A stretch of 60,335 nucleotides of DNA, filler included, from Sphacelaria rigidula (Eukaryota): assembly GCA_964200075.2 (NCBI GenBank). It is 7 parts of 7 records of this genome, joined end to end, with 100 filler letters (N's around TTAATTAATTAA, not from the genome) between each part and the next. Parts side by side here need not be neighbours in the genome. Positions count along the whole stretch, not along the records: positions 43,171 to 51,703 come from CAXNAA020010866.1; positions 51,804 to 60,335 come from CAXNAA020010867.1; 5 more parts are not named here. One strand, 5' to 3'. Position 1 is the first letter of the stretch, and every line of letters starts with the position of its first letter. Positions 48,230-60,335 of the stretch are shown in pieces. The notes beneath the pieces are model-generated. The model saw only the letters and a program-made list of their open reading frames with translations, was not told where the DNA came from and did not search any database. Made by a program: the position numbers and the translations under genes.

Positions 48230-49672
48230 CCTTGGGCTCGTTTCTCGGATCGCCTCAGACAATAGTTCACTGCGGGGGGGGGGGGGGGGGGTTCCCGGTA
48301 CATCTGTATACTTCGACGCACAAACGGTCAATTGCTCACGCCGGCTTTTGGAGGTAGACCCTGAAATTTTGCATACGGGTGCTCTGAGATATATGGAAGG
48401 ACTGTTATGAACTAGGGTCTTCGTATTGCTTGTTTTTTCGCGAGATATGCGGGGGCCCAGGAAGGGAGTCGTCTAACTACAGAAAACGGCGTGAGCATTC
48501 GCTGGGAAGTAAATTTCGGTCGTTCACCCTAAACCAGCCTGTAGAGGTGGACACCTATTCTTTAAGTTTACGTAGCTTCGCAACCCTTACCCTCCATTCT
48601 CCTCCCCGCCCCCGTAGACAGGATAATGGCGGAGAGCCTCTAAGCGTAGGTTCATTGGTCACACCAAGTCCGGCCAGCAGTAAATGGCACGGTCATGGTC
48701 ATATTTTCGTCGTCCCACAAGTATATATAATGACCACTTGGATTCAGAGGCTCATTGTCCCACGCTTCACGGTTATTCAGACGGACACAGGAGACCCTAA
48801 AAATGGGAACGAATTATTTTTCGTTTTACGGGAACGAAAGAAGAAGAACCTGTGCTCAGAACTGTTCGAAAAGGTGTATAACCTCCGGCGACATAGAACA
48901 GGAAAATATGCCCCACATACAACAATGCGCAAGGTTCCAAACAACTCTTCGTGGCTCCCACGACTTGCCGACTAGTGATTTCCGAAAATATTCTCAAACT
49001 TTTATCAACCTCAACAGTTCTTCAACTACCACGAAGGAAACGGAAAATTTGTCTAAGTTGACCCAAAATGGGACCGTTTAGTGTTTCCAACTCCCAGGAA
49101 CAGTATGTTTACTCCTTGGGCCTAAAGAGAAAGACATTTTTCGCCCATATATATGTATATATATATATGCATATATTTATGCCAAGCACGTGAGTGTCGA
49201 GGCAAATGGCCCGCATTTCATTTTCGAAAAAATGGTACCACAACCTGTGGGCTCGGTTCTTCGGCTTTTGGGGCGCCTCTCTCCAGTCTCTCGGTGCCCT
49301 AGAGGAGTACCATTTCGAACAATTCTGAGACCCAATATATATTTTTCGTTCCCGTAAAAGTACGCTCTTCCCATTGCCCAGGATCCCTTGTCAATTGAGT
49401 GCTAGCCATTTCGATCGTTGTAAGTACGGTACATGAACGCCAATTCATTTCCAGCGCTCAAAATGTTGTATCGATACTGACTCGTTGTAACATGTGGACC
49501 ACAAAGTGGTGTTCTTTCGGCGTTTCCTCGGTTGACGTTGATAAACCGGTCGAAACGGCCGAATCTATTGGTACGGTTTGACCCTCATACGTGTTGATTT
49601 CATTACCACAGTAGTTCATGATGAAAGGTGAGGACACCTCGATTCGATCGGTACCTATACCTTCGAGAAAAC

Positions 49673-50119
49673 ACGGGATCTTACAAATCTTACAAATTGG
49701 GGATGGATCCTCTATTGGGGATGAGAAATCCGGAAAATTAGAATCTCCGTATCCACACCAAATCTTCGAAATATGGCTCCATTTCTCCACCTACTGACAG
49801 CTGTTGACAACTGCCACACGCCATAGAAGTTTGGATTCTGATCACCGAAATCTTGGGGTCCTAGGTGAAGAAGAAAATCTGAGGAATTTCGGGTGTCCGA
49901 ACGGACGTCAAAGTGGTTCCGAAATTGGTTCTTCACCTAGGACCCAAACATTCCGGTGATTGAAATCCAAATTTCTATGGCGTGTAGCAGTTGTCAATAG
50001 CTATCAGTAGGTGAAGAAATAGAACCATACTTCGAAGATTTGGTGTTGATACGAAGCTTTTAATTCTCCGGGTTTCTCATCCCCAGTAAAAGATCCATCC
50101 TCAATTTGTAAGATCCCGT
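49673..50119. mobile_element. Foldback MITE with about 200-bp arms
   Basis: acgggatcttacaaat...gtcctaggtgaagaa versus ttcttcacctaggac...atttgtaagatcccgt. Confidence 0.92.
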
Positions 50120-50719
50120 CTTGGGAGAGAAAACAGGGGAGAGAGGTATTGTGTCGTATGAGTCCTTAACCCAGAGTGGACGAACACAACCGGTGCCGGA
50201 TCTCGGAACTACCGACTATTCGCCTGATTCTGCAGCGCTCTGTCGCGCGAATTCTGCCAAGATCCATTGTGTTTGCCAGTAGGTGGTGCCGAAAGACCGC
50301 AGCCGAGAGTTCGCGCTGGTTAGTTGGATGTTTACTTGTTCCTCGACGCAGGCTGTTAATCCCCGAGAAATACTGTCTCGAAATCCGGCCGATTTGCTTT
50401 TCTCGTCGTACTTTTTGTCCCGGCACAGAGGAGAAACACCAAAAATACATAAAAGAGAGCGAGCGAGAGAGAGAGAGAGAGAGAGAAGCTAACGTTTTGC
50501 CGAGTTTTCTCGGTTTGCACGGCGCGCACTCATGGTGGAGAGTCATCCTACGATGGGGGGTGTAGTCATGATCTTGCATGCCATAGCATACGACCATCGT
50601 ACGATTGGGGGGAGGGGGGAAGTTCTGGTCCTTTTCGTCCACGAACTTTCACTTTATCTCGTTGCTGAAGGCAACTGAACGCGCTTGTTCGTTTCAAATA
50701 CTGCATTCCATCCATAGTG

Positions 50720-51435
50720 CTTGACACCGTTTTCAGCCAAGTGCAAGCGCACCGCGACTGTGTTATGTCGTCTGACACACCTCTGAGCTCCTGGTTTTCG
50801 TGGAACCCCCCCCCCCCCTTATGATAGGATCACTTTGGACATTTACGTACAAAACGAGGTTTGCGGCAAAAAATATGCAGCGTTACATTCGCAGTTCACC
50901 ATGAAACAACTGCAGACCGCCACAGTAGCACCCTACACAAAAGCCCAAGTGACAAGATGTAATACAGGGGTGTAACATAGAACGCAATTTATCATTTAGC
51001 GCGTGGTTAGATTCGAGTAGCCACCATGTCCTGACGTGTATTGAGGAAACAATGTTGCCCACCGCAGCAAGGATCACTTGAGCCCCATCTTATGATGTCA
51101 TTACCATGCAGGGTGTGCAAGCCACCATATGTTTGCGTATGTGTGCGTGCACCTATTCGGTATCCTTGTTCATCATGCATGCTGTAAAGTGCTTGAAACT
51201 TTCAACCTCCCTCAGCCGTGGGTTTGAGCAAGACAGTATGAGTCATTCGACGATAAGGGGCGGGGGGGGGGGGTTGGGACTATTTCTTCTTCAAAAGCAG
51301 CAACAGTTGTGCGAACACGGTTGCTACCGATGAAAAAGACCCATTAACACTAGTCGACACCATTGTCACCCAAACACAAGCGCACCGCGAGTGTGTTAAG
51401 TCGTGTGACACACCCATGAGCCTTATTTCGTGGAA
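50720..51435. repeat. Two direct copies (about 50720-50810 and 51355-51435) of a short dispersed repeat; inverted copy at about 43010-43070
   Basis: caagcgcaccgcga.tgtgtta.gtcgt.tgacacacc..tgagc..tttcgtggaa. Confidence 0.85.
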
Positions 51436-51469
51436 TCACTTTCCTCCCCCCCACCCTCCTATGCTCTAT

Positions 51470-51703
51470 GGTCCGTCTCGAAAGGGATGTGTGGTCAATG
51501 ATCGAACGACTAAGGCAAGCAAAAAGTGAGCACCCCCCCCCCGCCCCCCCCAGATATGGTGGCCAGAGACGGCAAAACAGGACGGGGATAAGATATGTGA
51601 AATGTTTTTGTGTAATGTATGGAAGAAACGTAATGAGCGCCGGAATGTTGAAGGTGTCTCTATCAGGAGTAGGAACGGTGCTCCGTCTCGAAAGGGATGC
51701 GTG
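51470..51703 (+). repeat. Repeat with 210-bp periodicity, cut by contig end
   Basis: ccgtctcgaaagggatg at 51473 and 51683. Confidence 0.85.
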
Positions 51704-51803
51704 NNNNNNNNNNNNNNNNNNNNNNNNNNNNNNNNNNNNNNNNNNNNTTAATTAATTAANNNNNNNNNNNNNNNNNNNNNNNNNNNNNNNNNNNNNNNNN
51801 NNN
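51704..51803. other. Artificial contig linker
   Basis: N44-TTAATTAATTAA-N44. Confidence 0.98.
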
Positions 51804-52699
51804 GAAATCGTGAATTTGGTGATTTTGAGTCCTGATGATTTGTCCTAACCGTGAAGCTGTTCGCCTTACGTAGCTAAAGATATGTCATCTTCAACTACGA
51901 TCATCGAGGGTGTGGCACTTTACCTTGCCGAGCTTCTTGGCTTCACAGCGTTTCACGTCTTTGGTGGGACAGTGGTAAAATTAAAGAGAAGAAAAAATCC
52001 GAGTGCAATGCTGTGCTGCTGCCCGTTGGTCTTTTTGTCAAAGACGCTCCAGGTTTCACAGTTTTACGCTCGAACCGCTAGGAGCGACATCAGCCGGGAA
52101 TCTTGGCATTTGGAGACCAGCATAATGTTATGAAGTGATCCATTAAATAGCCCAAAACAGAACGTCTTGGAAGGCGAGGAACGTCGGATGGGCGAGACGC
52201 GTGAACACTCGACTCACCATGTTCATCCTGATGACGCATCGCTGGTCTGTGTACCCGGGAGGAAGAGTCACCAGAATGGTCCAAACGACTCCCCAACATG
52301 CCAACGCCTGTCCCAAAGAGAGGGGAGAGGGGTTCGTTAAAACAAGGGGCACAATATGCATAGATCATGTTTCAAGTCAACCGATACTGTCATTGTGACG
52401 TATCTAATTACGTGTGAGTTCACGGCTGCTCGTGGCAATGACAAAAACAACACATACACGGCCAATTTCACGTACAGTATCGAAGGTCTGCGTTCATCTT
52501 GGTTCCAACGTCCATACTGTTTCCAACCTACATAACGAGCGGTAGGCTAACACAAACAAGATTACTTCCGACAGTCTACTTGTGACAAACTGTTCCAACT
52601 CGACACACTCGACACCCTCCTACAAACTAACTACACCGCGGGACAGTGAAGAGGCCGTGTTCGTGCTCAACGACATGCTTCGTACAAGGTACTCTGTGA

Positions 52700-53800
52700 C
52701 GCACAATTGACTGTACTGAAGCGAGTGCACCTTTCTTGGGGTGGGCTGTACCTTCATATCGACCGTTACACCTTCACTGTGTCACAACTGTCAATCATTG
52801 CGCTGGGAAAGAGCACCAAGGTCAGGAGGAAGCAAGTGCCAGACATTGTTGTCGACAACACGAGCCACCAAAGACACAAAACCTAGTCATTCTGCAAAAA
52901 CGAAAATACCATGAGATCATGTGACAATGCACCGCAATATGGATCAGTATAGAAACATGAATATCCGAACATGCCCGGTGGTACTGAAAACGGCAGCTGT
53001 ACCTATCGACACATGCCCATCGGACCTCTCCGATGGCTCGCCGTTCATCGTTAGTAGTGCCACCCTCGTCGAGACAGTGGGGGCTGGATCAAACGTGAAC
53101 ATGGCCACCGCGTTGCCTTGTGTTGCGTCCTCAGACGATTTTCACGGTGGTACGGCATGTCAAAGTAGTACAGCGCAGTCGTCCCTACAGTATCGTGGCA
53201 GAGGCTACCGGAGATTGTCATCGACGCGACATGTGAGACAAAGACAGCACTACGCTTTTCTGTCCTAATACCCCGTCGTGCTCGCCGCTTAATCCGCTCA
53301 TTCGTGCGCAAGTCGAACAGCTGCATTAATCGGTGCGATGTGACCCACGAGTTGCGGTGCAAATCTTTTCTCTCTATCGATTGCACATTGCCTGTCCCTG
53401 TACCCTGGTGGGCTGCATCACAACCGTACGCATCACAAACTGTACAGCATAGTCGCCTGCGAATATATCAGTCAGACTGAGGGGAAAGCAAGTTATCGTC
53501 CAAGCCCCGGATGGCGAGCTCAACAACTGGATATCTTTCGCCGTGCTTCCCTTGCTAATATTTTCACCACGAGCACTAAATGCACAGCACAGACAAGTAG
53601 CACGTGGTCAAATCCAAACCGTCTACACGGCACTGTACTATTCGGCAGTCGTGGACCTGTGCGATGCCACGATACCACACTGTGATGGAAAACATTACAG
53701 CGGTCTTGCCATAGTGCGGTCACTTGACGTGCGGTGTTGTCACCCATCAGTGTCGGACGCTGTAGCAATTTTGAGGGATTTTGTCTTTGGTAGGGTAACG
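52700..53800 (+). pseudogene. Probable hAT transposase fossil
   Basis: LHIDRYT (DxWT), GAGSNVNMA..LPCVA (DxGSNV..CxxH), FVRKS, VPWW (TRW) in order across frames. Confidence 0.45.
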
Positions 53801-53984
53801 CTTGTGGGTTGGAAGATCTATTGTGGATAAAAGCTCACATCGAAGGCTTCACAAGCACAGATATCTGTACTCGCGACTTCTTCGGTCTGTCTCTGAAACG
53901 TCCCTCAGTATATTTTGCGACAAAAAAAATACAGATGCAACATATTTTATTTACATCACAAAAGAAGTGGGTGGCACAATGCGC

Positions 53985-54270
53985 GGGCACCAGAGAGTAC
54001 TCCCGGTACTCTGTACTCCACGATATTTGGAGAAAAGACTCCTTCAAATAATGAGTATTCCAAGATGCCTGACTCGGGTGCCGAAATACGGTATATTCTC
54101 GAGTAAACGAGTCACCCGACAGCCTAGAATAGCGAGTATTCAGGTGTTCCAGATCACGTGGAGTACTCGACTGCCGAAGATACGGAAATATCTACCGCAT
54201 CTGGGGCATGGCCTCTCCGGAATACGAAGTATTCCAGATTCCCTAGAGTAGCCATTCCCAAGTACTGGTC
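53985..54270. repeat. GAGTA/TACTC-rich short element (MITE-like)
   Basis: Dense gagtactc, gagtattc and aagtact motifs. Confidence 0.55.
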
Positions 54271-55529
54271 AGTAAGCTGTAAAAGGTATAGCAGTAGACG
54301 TAACGTACATGTACGTACACACAAACATGGTCGGCGTCAGCGTCATACGGTGTCCTTACACCGTTTGCGGTACATGCTACAGCACGAATCTTTCATGATT
54401 TATCTTTCCCCCTTCATCTTACGGTACGACCACGCTAAACTTGAACATTCCACCGAACTTTCCACTCCAACAAAGTCACAGCGCAGTGCAGCACAGTACC
54501 GTACTGACTGTTTATTGTATGTGAAGACTGCGCACCATTCACAGCAGCATTGACGCCTTGGGCAAGGGCCGTGTCGGGGTCATATGTCACATAACCTTTT
54601 TAACGCCACGACTCTCCCACGAATTTCATCTACATGAGCCTGAAACCTCTGTGAAGTGTGCGTTCGCCCTAGGTGGCGCCCGCAGAAGTGTAAGGCCGCC
54701 TCCTTCGTTTGAATGTCTGAAAAATCTGCGAAGCTACACAAGTTCATGACTATATAAGGAAAACAACTGACTCTGTGACATACACGCAGAATTGTACTTT
54801 TGCATATATCAAGTTACGTGCTGAGATCGTCAAATACTCAACCAGACCTCGGCTAGGTAGAAGTGGTTCGGTCACCGAAAAATCAACGTACAGAGCGTTA
54901 CCCACCGTGCTTTAAGTTGGTATATAGAACATACTATAAGATTACCTAGCCCCGGGCTGCGAGACTGTCAGTCGTTCTTGAGAGTACGTTGTGCTTCTGT
55001 CTGTGGGGGGACGTTGCCCCCTTGCCAGGTGCGCCGGCAAGGGGTGTTACCAAAGCGCACTGAGCGCGCGATAGAAGCTTAACTTACACCTGTCAAGCGA
55101 GTTGGAGCGGGAACGTTCAGCCCCAAACGTTCATATAGATTCTTGAACGATCCTTGTCAGCTGTGATTCATTGACCCTTCATCCATAACCGGGCGAACAA
55201 TCATAATGAGGCTGCCCGGACTCGGTGCTGCCTGTGTGCCCGATTAATACCGTACCCCCTACACTGTCATCAGACAGACGGTGTTAAATACATAAAACTC
55301 GCGGCGTCGGTGGTATCCACCGTTGCAATGCTACGAGGCGGCCTCAGCTGCTTGTGCTGCTGACCCTGTGAATGTGACGCATTGCTTTGGTACCAGTGAA
55401 CACACGGCCCAAGTTTCCGCGCCATCACTATCACACACGAGGTGAACCTGGCCTCGATGACTATCCTTCGTAAGTACCGCCTCCAAATAATTGAAAAGGA
55501 ATAAGATTGCCTGTATTGTTTGCCGGCGC

Positions 55530-55800
55530 AGCGGCAGCCAGCTGTTCATGATGTGGAAGTTACAGTGATAGTGCACCAGCGTGTGCACACACGCGTACAC
55601 TCCCGGTGCACGAAGTCTGGGCTGCGGCAAAGCCGTTTCGAGGCCGATATTACCCAGGCGTGCTGATCGCTGTGTTGTGGTTTGTGCCCTGCCCAAACGT
55701 ACCGTCGATTGATACACATGATGCATGATACCTGTGTTCTGTCCGACTTTTAACAGTGCGCCGAGTTTCACGACGGATTGTCCAGCTGCGGAAGACTACT
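55530..55800. repeat. Dispersed repeat homologous to 2565-2830
   Basis: cagctgttcatgatgtggaagtta..cggtgcacgaagtctgggctgcggcaaagccgtttcgagg. Confidence 0.75.
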
Positions 55801-56312
55801 CCGCAATTGAAGTTTCTGTTCAGAAGTGCAATGGTTTTTGTATGCTAAGCAAGTGCGGGCATCTACATTCGTGGTGAGGGCGGACATCCGCGTAAATTTC
55901 GGCACAGGGCCCACAGACAGGCGCCAGAAAAATGAGTGGCAAGATTTTGCGACCAATCAATGAGAGAAAGAAGTGGCATTTGAGGGGCAAAATAGCTGCG
56001 ATTGGCCCACACAATGCGCCGCTGCGAGTAAGACAGCTGCTACCGTCAATCGCTGAGGGGGGTACAGCAGCTCCGTGCTCGCTCAGTTTGTTTGCCCCAA
56101 CCTGCACGTACCCGCCTTGCATGTCTTCTCCGATCACAACACCCGACTACAACTGAAGTACCAGAGATGACGCAACAGACAGATGCACAGCAGCCGTCAC
56201 GTGACCGTTTAAACTTTGTGCAGACAGCGCCTTGATCCCACCCTAAATCCGTGCAGACCGAAACACGGAATGCAGCAGTATAACTGTTCAGGCACTCCAG
56301 CGCACATGACAC

Positions 56313-57742
56313 CAGGGTTGCACATCGGATATCGATAATCGATACGACTTCGATAAAAATCGGCGATACGCAGTATCGGTATCGGAGCGTAGAAACCCGA
56401 TATATGTGATACGTATCAATCTCGAATATCGATACGCTCGATATTTCGCCCTTTTTTCGTCACAATAGCTCAATCTCTCGAAACCGTCGTCACAGGAAAG
56501 GTAGGGGGGTGGTATTTCCAGAACGGCAGACCCCAGGTTGATTCAGCCCCACCCCCCGCCCCTCTACAAGGTCGCCTGCACACACTACTCTTCCACGTGA
56601 GCAGTCACCGTGGTAACCAACTCGTTTCTGCGTATTTGGCGTTTCCCCAGTGTTGCACTTGCGAGTATAGCTGTAGAGCGGTTGCACGGTGTGCAAATGG
56701 ATGCAGTATATATTCGTAGGAGAGGAGGCGACAGAGTAAGCGCTGATGCCTCGTGGGTTTGGTGATTTGATTCAGCGGGGGTGTTCAACAAAGGCAACAT
56801 ACGGGTGGCGTAGCGGAGTAGATTTAGTTTGAGATCACGATCACTGCACAGGTGAAGGTAGCAAGAGAGAACAGCTGTCCCTCGGAATATGAGGAGATAG
56901 TAGTGTCGCTTCGCTTTTCGTTCATGTTTGACGAGTGTTGGATTTATTTTACCCTCCATCCATTAGTCTGGACATTCTAATTGTTGCAAGCTTCATGGTC
57001 TTTCTTCTTGGTTGGTCGCATCCAAATATATGTATTGTTTGGCATTAAAAAATTAAAAATTGACGCATGCTACCGACATTTTCTGTCATTGGTGGTAAAA
57101 AACGTTGAAAAAAAAGAGCGCGCATTTGAGTTTGTGCATGATCGAGGTTTGACACGTTTTCTTTTCTGATGAATGTGCAGAGTCGAGGCATGCATTCATT
57201 CGATCGAAACACACAGAATTGTGACGGTAGAAATGAAAACAGTATAACCAATACCACCCCGGCCTGCTGTGATCAACGACCTCTTGCACGTATTCGTTAG
57301 ACAGCTGCATCACCGCATGCCGCCGCCGCTATACATCATGTGTCCACTGCTGTCCACTGGAAACTCACCACACCCTCAGGAGCGATTAATTAGCTCGATC
57401 ACTTTCTCTCGACGAGATGGTTGCAACGCTGCCTTGTTCAACCCTGGCATCGCTTCTGGTGAGGAGTAAGTAAGTGAGCTTTGAAAATCTGTCTAGGGGA
57501 TGTGGTATCTTATGCGATCTACAATGGTGAGTGAGGGTGTCAGTGTGACGGTGTACTGCTCGGTCTTGTACACAGCGGCCATACCAAAACAGTCGTATCG
57601 TACTTGTATCGAATATCGATACTCGATACGTATCGTGTCATCTTCGAAATAGACAAAAATATCGGTATCGGCGGTTGTGGGTCGATATTCCAAGAATATC
57701 GTACGGTATCGAACTTTATTCTCGGTCCGATATGCAGCCCTG
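56313..57742. mobile_element. Non-autonomous hAT-like element
   Basis: TIRs CAGGGTTGCACATCGG and CCGATATGCAGCCCTG (14/16); TATCG/CGATA subterminal arrays at both ends; 8-bp TSD not retained. Confidence 0.75.
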
Positions 57743-58996
57743 CTTCTGATGTTATTGCAATGGATGCTGTCTAATGTCGAGGTGGGGGAAATTTGAGCTT
57801 ACCATTTCTGAACTAGCGCAAGAGTGCGCAATACAGTGGGACTAAAAAAACTTGTCACAAATCCAGCCTGCTGGTGTATTATAGTGCTTTTCGGTAGCTG
57901 GGCCAAACCGGCATGGTGTGGGGTCCTTCCTCACCACAGCCATGGCGGGGTGACAACCCACCGTACTTGGCGGGACGGTCTGCTTGTATGAATTGCTGTA
58001 CACATGTTCGAGTGTTTGTGCCCGTGCTGACTTGCGACTCGTACTCCGCAGAGCCAGCAGCGAAACAAGACCAAGAGCACGGAAAGTTTTCAAAAGCCGC
58101 AGCAGTGCAGGTGCAGAAGCACAAGACCGCTGTCGCACACGTACAAGTAATATTCATGTAGAAGGCTTTGTATGCTCATCTGCAGGAATTCAACGCGCGC
58201 ATAACGGTATACTGCGGTATACCACAACAGTAGTGCAAACTGCAGCACGCTACATTCAGTTGTGTTCTGCAGACGCCCACTGTAGTTCGTGTCTGCCACA
58301 TGGTGTCGACCCGCGGCGCAATCCCGAGCTTCGAAGACGAAGGCAGATACAAGTAGAAGGCAGGAAGATGCGGAATATTCAATTTTCACATGTTCGCGGA
58401 CCGCACGACGGCAAACACGTTGTGACCAACCTCCGCAAAAGGTAGGATGCAGTGCATTGACATGAGGCAAGGAAAGCGCCGCGGATCTCAGCCGCACGAA
58501 AGACAGGTTCAGGCTATGATGCCTTGCTCACTCTTAGGAACGCAGCCACTGTCACCAAATCGCTCCCTGATACGATCGTGTGTTGCTCGGTAGTACCGTT
58601 GTCCTCGTTTGTAGGTGCCGAACGGGCTGCAAGCGCAACAATCTAAAAAAGCCAAGAAAGCGATAGAAGGAGCAGTACTCTCACAAACCTGGGCATAGTT
58701 AGGCTGAGGCAATGACTGCAGAAGGTCCTGTAGCCATTCCATGTCTTGTGTTCGTCCCTGCAGTGTGCCAGCCCTCGACCCTTTGAGTTGAAGCGCAATG
58801 AAACGCCGTTCGAGTGCAGAGTTTCACATATTTTTGAAAAATTTATTCGACTCCTTGGTCTGACCCGCATCTGCAGTAATCTGAGACGGTGCGCGCTTCT
58901 GTTCTGTACAAAGGGTATGTCATTCTAGGTTGCTAGCGGCATGTCACACCCTTTGATTCTATACTGCATCTTTTGTGCTGACTGTATTTCGAACTA

Positions 58997-59310
58997 GCTG
59001 GGCCAGCCTAGGAGCGGATCTGTAGGTTGCAGGCTCATTCTCACCTCACTTTCGAGAGTTGGGAGTTTCAAGTTTGGTATGGGGAATTGGTGGGGCACAT
59101 TGAAACAAATATTTTTGGGACGTCGAGATTTTTTTCATGAAGGGCAAAAAACAATATCCAGTTTTCACCAAAACCCATTTACATGATTGTCATGAAAAAA
59201 TATCTATTCCGAAAAAAATGGTTTTTTATTCTGCTTTACCGATTCTCCATACCAAATTTGAAAGTCCAACTTTCCGAAAATTGAAGTGAGAAAGAGCGAT
59301 CTGGAGTTAG
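58997..59310. mobile_element. Foldback MITE family A, diverged copy
   Basis: gctgggccagccta start; agttggg..tttcaagtttggtatgggga versus tctccataccaaatttgaaagtccaact. Confidence 0.75.
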
Positions 59311-59399
59311 GGCCGGTCGAGATTCGGAACAGTATCTCACAGGTCATTTACGGCAGCCCGGTTTTGGAACTTTTCACATGTCGGACAACTCAAATCAGG

Positions 59400-59960
59400 T
59401 GAACGCGAGTTACCTCTTTTTCGCATAACTCACCAGTGAGTTATTATAGCCACATCATTCAGCGGTGCCAATTCTGGCCGGGTGAATTATACATCATAAT
59501 AACTCAGGGATGCAAAATCTGGCCAGGTGAATTATGAACTAGAAGTATAACTCATCCGTGCATAGATGGAAAGAAAGATAGTTCGGTCAATTAAGTAGTG
59601 AGTTTTACAGCCAGTATAACTCAGCGGTGCAAATTTTGACCGGGTGACTTTTACTCGTAGAAGATAACTCATCGATGTATATTCTATTAGAGAGTTTCGG
59701 AAAAGTCTTTTTGGTCATTTCAGAGTGCCAATATCTCAGAATCAGAGTGCAACAAAAAATTATTTGCCCCTCCATGAAATGTGGTATCCCCTCAACTTTT
59801 TTTCGATGAGGTATGTGTGTGTGTGTGTGTTTTAACGTTGATCCTGAGATATTTGCACTCTGAAATAAATGACAAAAAAGCGTTTCCCGAAACTCTCTAT
59901 TATCTTAGCCAGGTGAGTTATAGAAGATGATTCAGCGGTGCACATTCTGGCCGGGGGGAT
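59400..59960. repeat. Degenerate about 45-bp tandem array
   Basis: Repeated ataactcagcggtgca.attctggcc.ggtga.tta units, interrupted by a MITE. Confidence 0.8.
59690..59897. mobile_element. MITE with TA flanks inserted in the tandem array
   Basis: TA|gagagtttcgg..tttcagagtgc.aatatctcag.atca ... tgatcctgagatatttgcactctgaaa..ccgaaactctc|TA. Confidence 0.8.
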
Positions 59961-60335
59961 TGTAGAATAAAAATCAAATAAAAAGAGTGATGCGATGCTC
60001 AGTTACGTGTGTGTGTTTGAGTTTTGAAACAACTCATATTCTATACACACGCAGAGATAAATGGAGGAAGAGTAAAAGTCCACAAAAATGTAAGAAGACA
60101 AAAATGTACCATGGTTGTTCTGGCACAAATCCTTGAAATAACCGACCTCCACGCGCGCGTCGATGCCTGGATATTCCCACCCAGCACTGTCCTACAAAGA
60201 TGTAAGTAAGTAATAAACCATACAACGAGTACCCGACTATACTACGAGCTGGACCAGCTGATAGTGTTTTTTTTAACGCACGGGTGGCCACTGGGGTGTC
60301 TGCAACCTCAAATTTGGACGTTACAGACGTTGCAC

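Noticed and set aside
43171-50600. One 7.4-kb element bounded by inverted repeats at 43190 and 50560
   Set aside because: The motif is a dispersed repeat also found at 22255, and similarity does not extend to shared termini or a TSD.
8536-51803. Periodic TTAATTAATTAA palindrome every 8.63 kb as a biological repeat
   Set aside because: It is embedded in fixed N runs and is a standard six-frame-stop linker.
51826-51870. Hammerhead ribozyme (CTGATGA at 51832-51838; also near 52228)
   Set aside because: No stem II closing onto GAAA and no stem I/III pairing visible.
52090-52368. LINE 3' fragment (RLPRRSVLGYL resembles RLPKRxxFGxL)
   Set aside because: A single short motif with no supporting flanking motifs.
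59400-59960. CRISPR-like array
   Set aside because: Units are degenerate along their whole length and lack repeat-spacer structure.
202-60291. Most short ORFs in the six-frame track
   Set aside because: They are overlapping or antisense frames over transposon and repeat DNA, many with non-ATG starts and no domain signal.

Overview
This is eukaryotic, transposon-saturated DNA, most likely from a brown alga (Phaeophyceae). That assignment is inferred from a stramenopile ASAFAP-type plastid signal, GT-AG introns, TTAGGG motifs and the transposon types. The window is not contiguous. It consists of seven contigs (1-8535, 8636-17170, 17271-25804, 25905-34437, 34538-43070, 43171-51703, 51804-60335; lengths 8535, 8535, 8534, 8533, 8533, 8533, 8532) joined by artificial 100-nt N44-TTAATTAATTAA-N44 linkers and sorted by size. 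The one convincing host gene is in contig 1. Two in-phase exons (1803-1960, 7690-7900), separated by a 5.7-kb transposon-filled intron, encode the N-terminus of a CreA-family protein with a signal peptide, plastid transit peptide and probable thylakoid-lumen signal. The rest is decayed mobile DNA. It includes three Ty3/gypsy elements (one with both LTRs, a 4-bp TSD, a chromodomain and a clean in-frame deletion of the RT core), a LINE endonuclease remnant, Copia, hAT and Kolobok-like fossils, a tRNA-derived SINE, and many foldback/MITE elements. I found no CRISPR array, rRNA, intact tRNA or prokaryotic-type system. All family assignments come from motif recall, not database searches.
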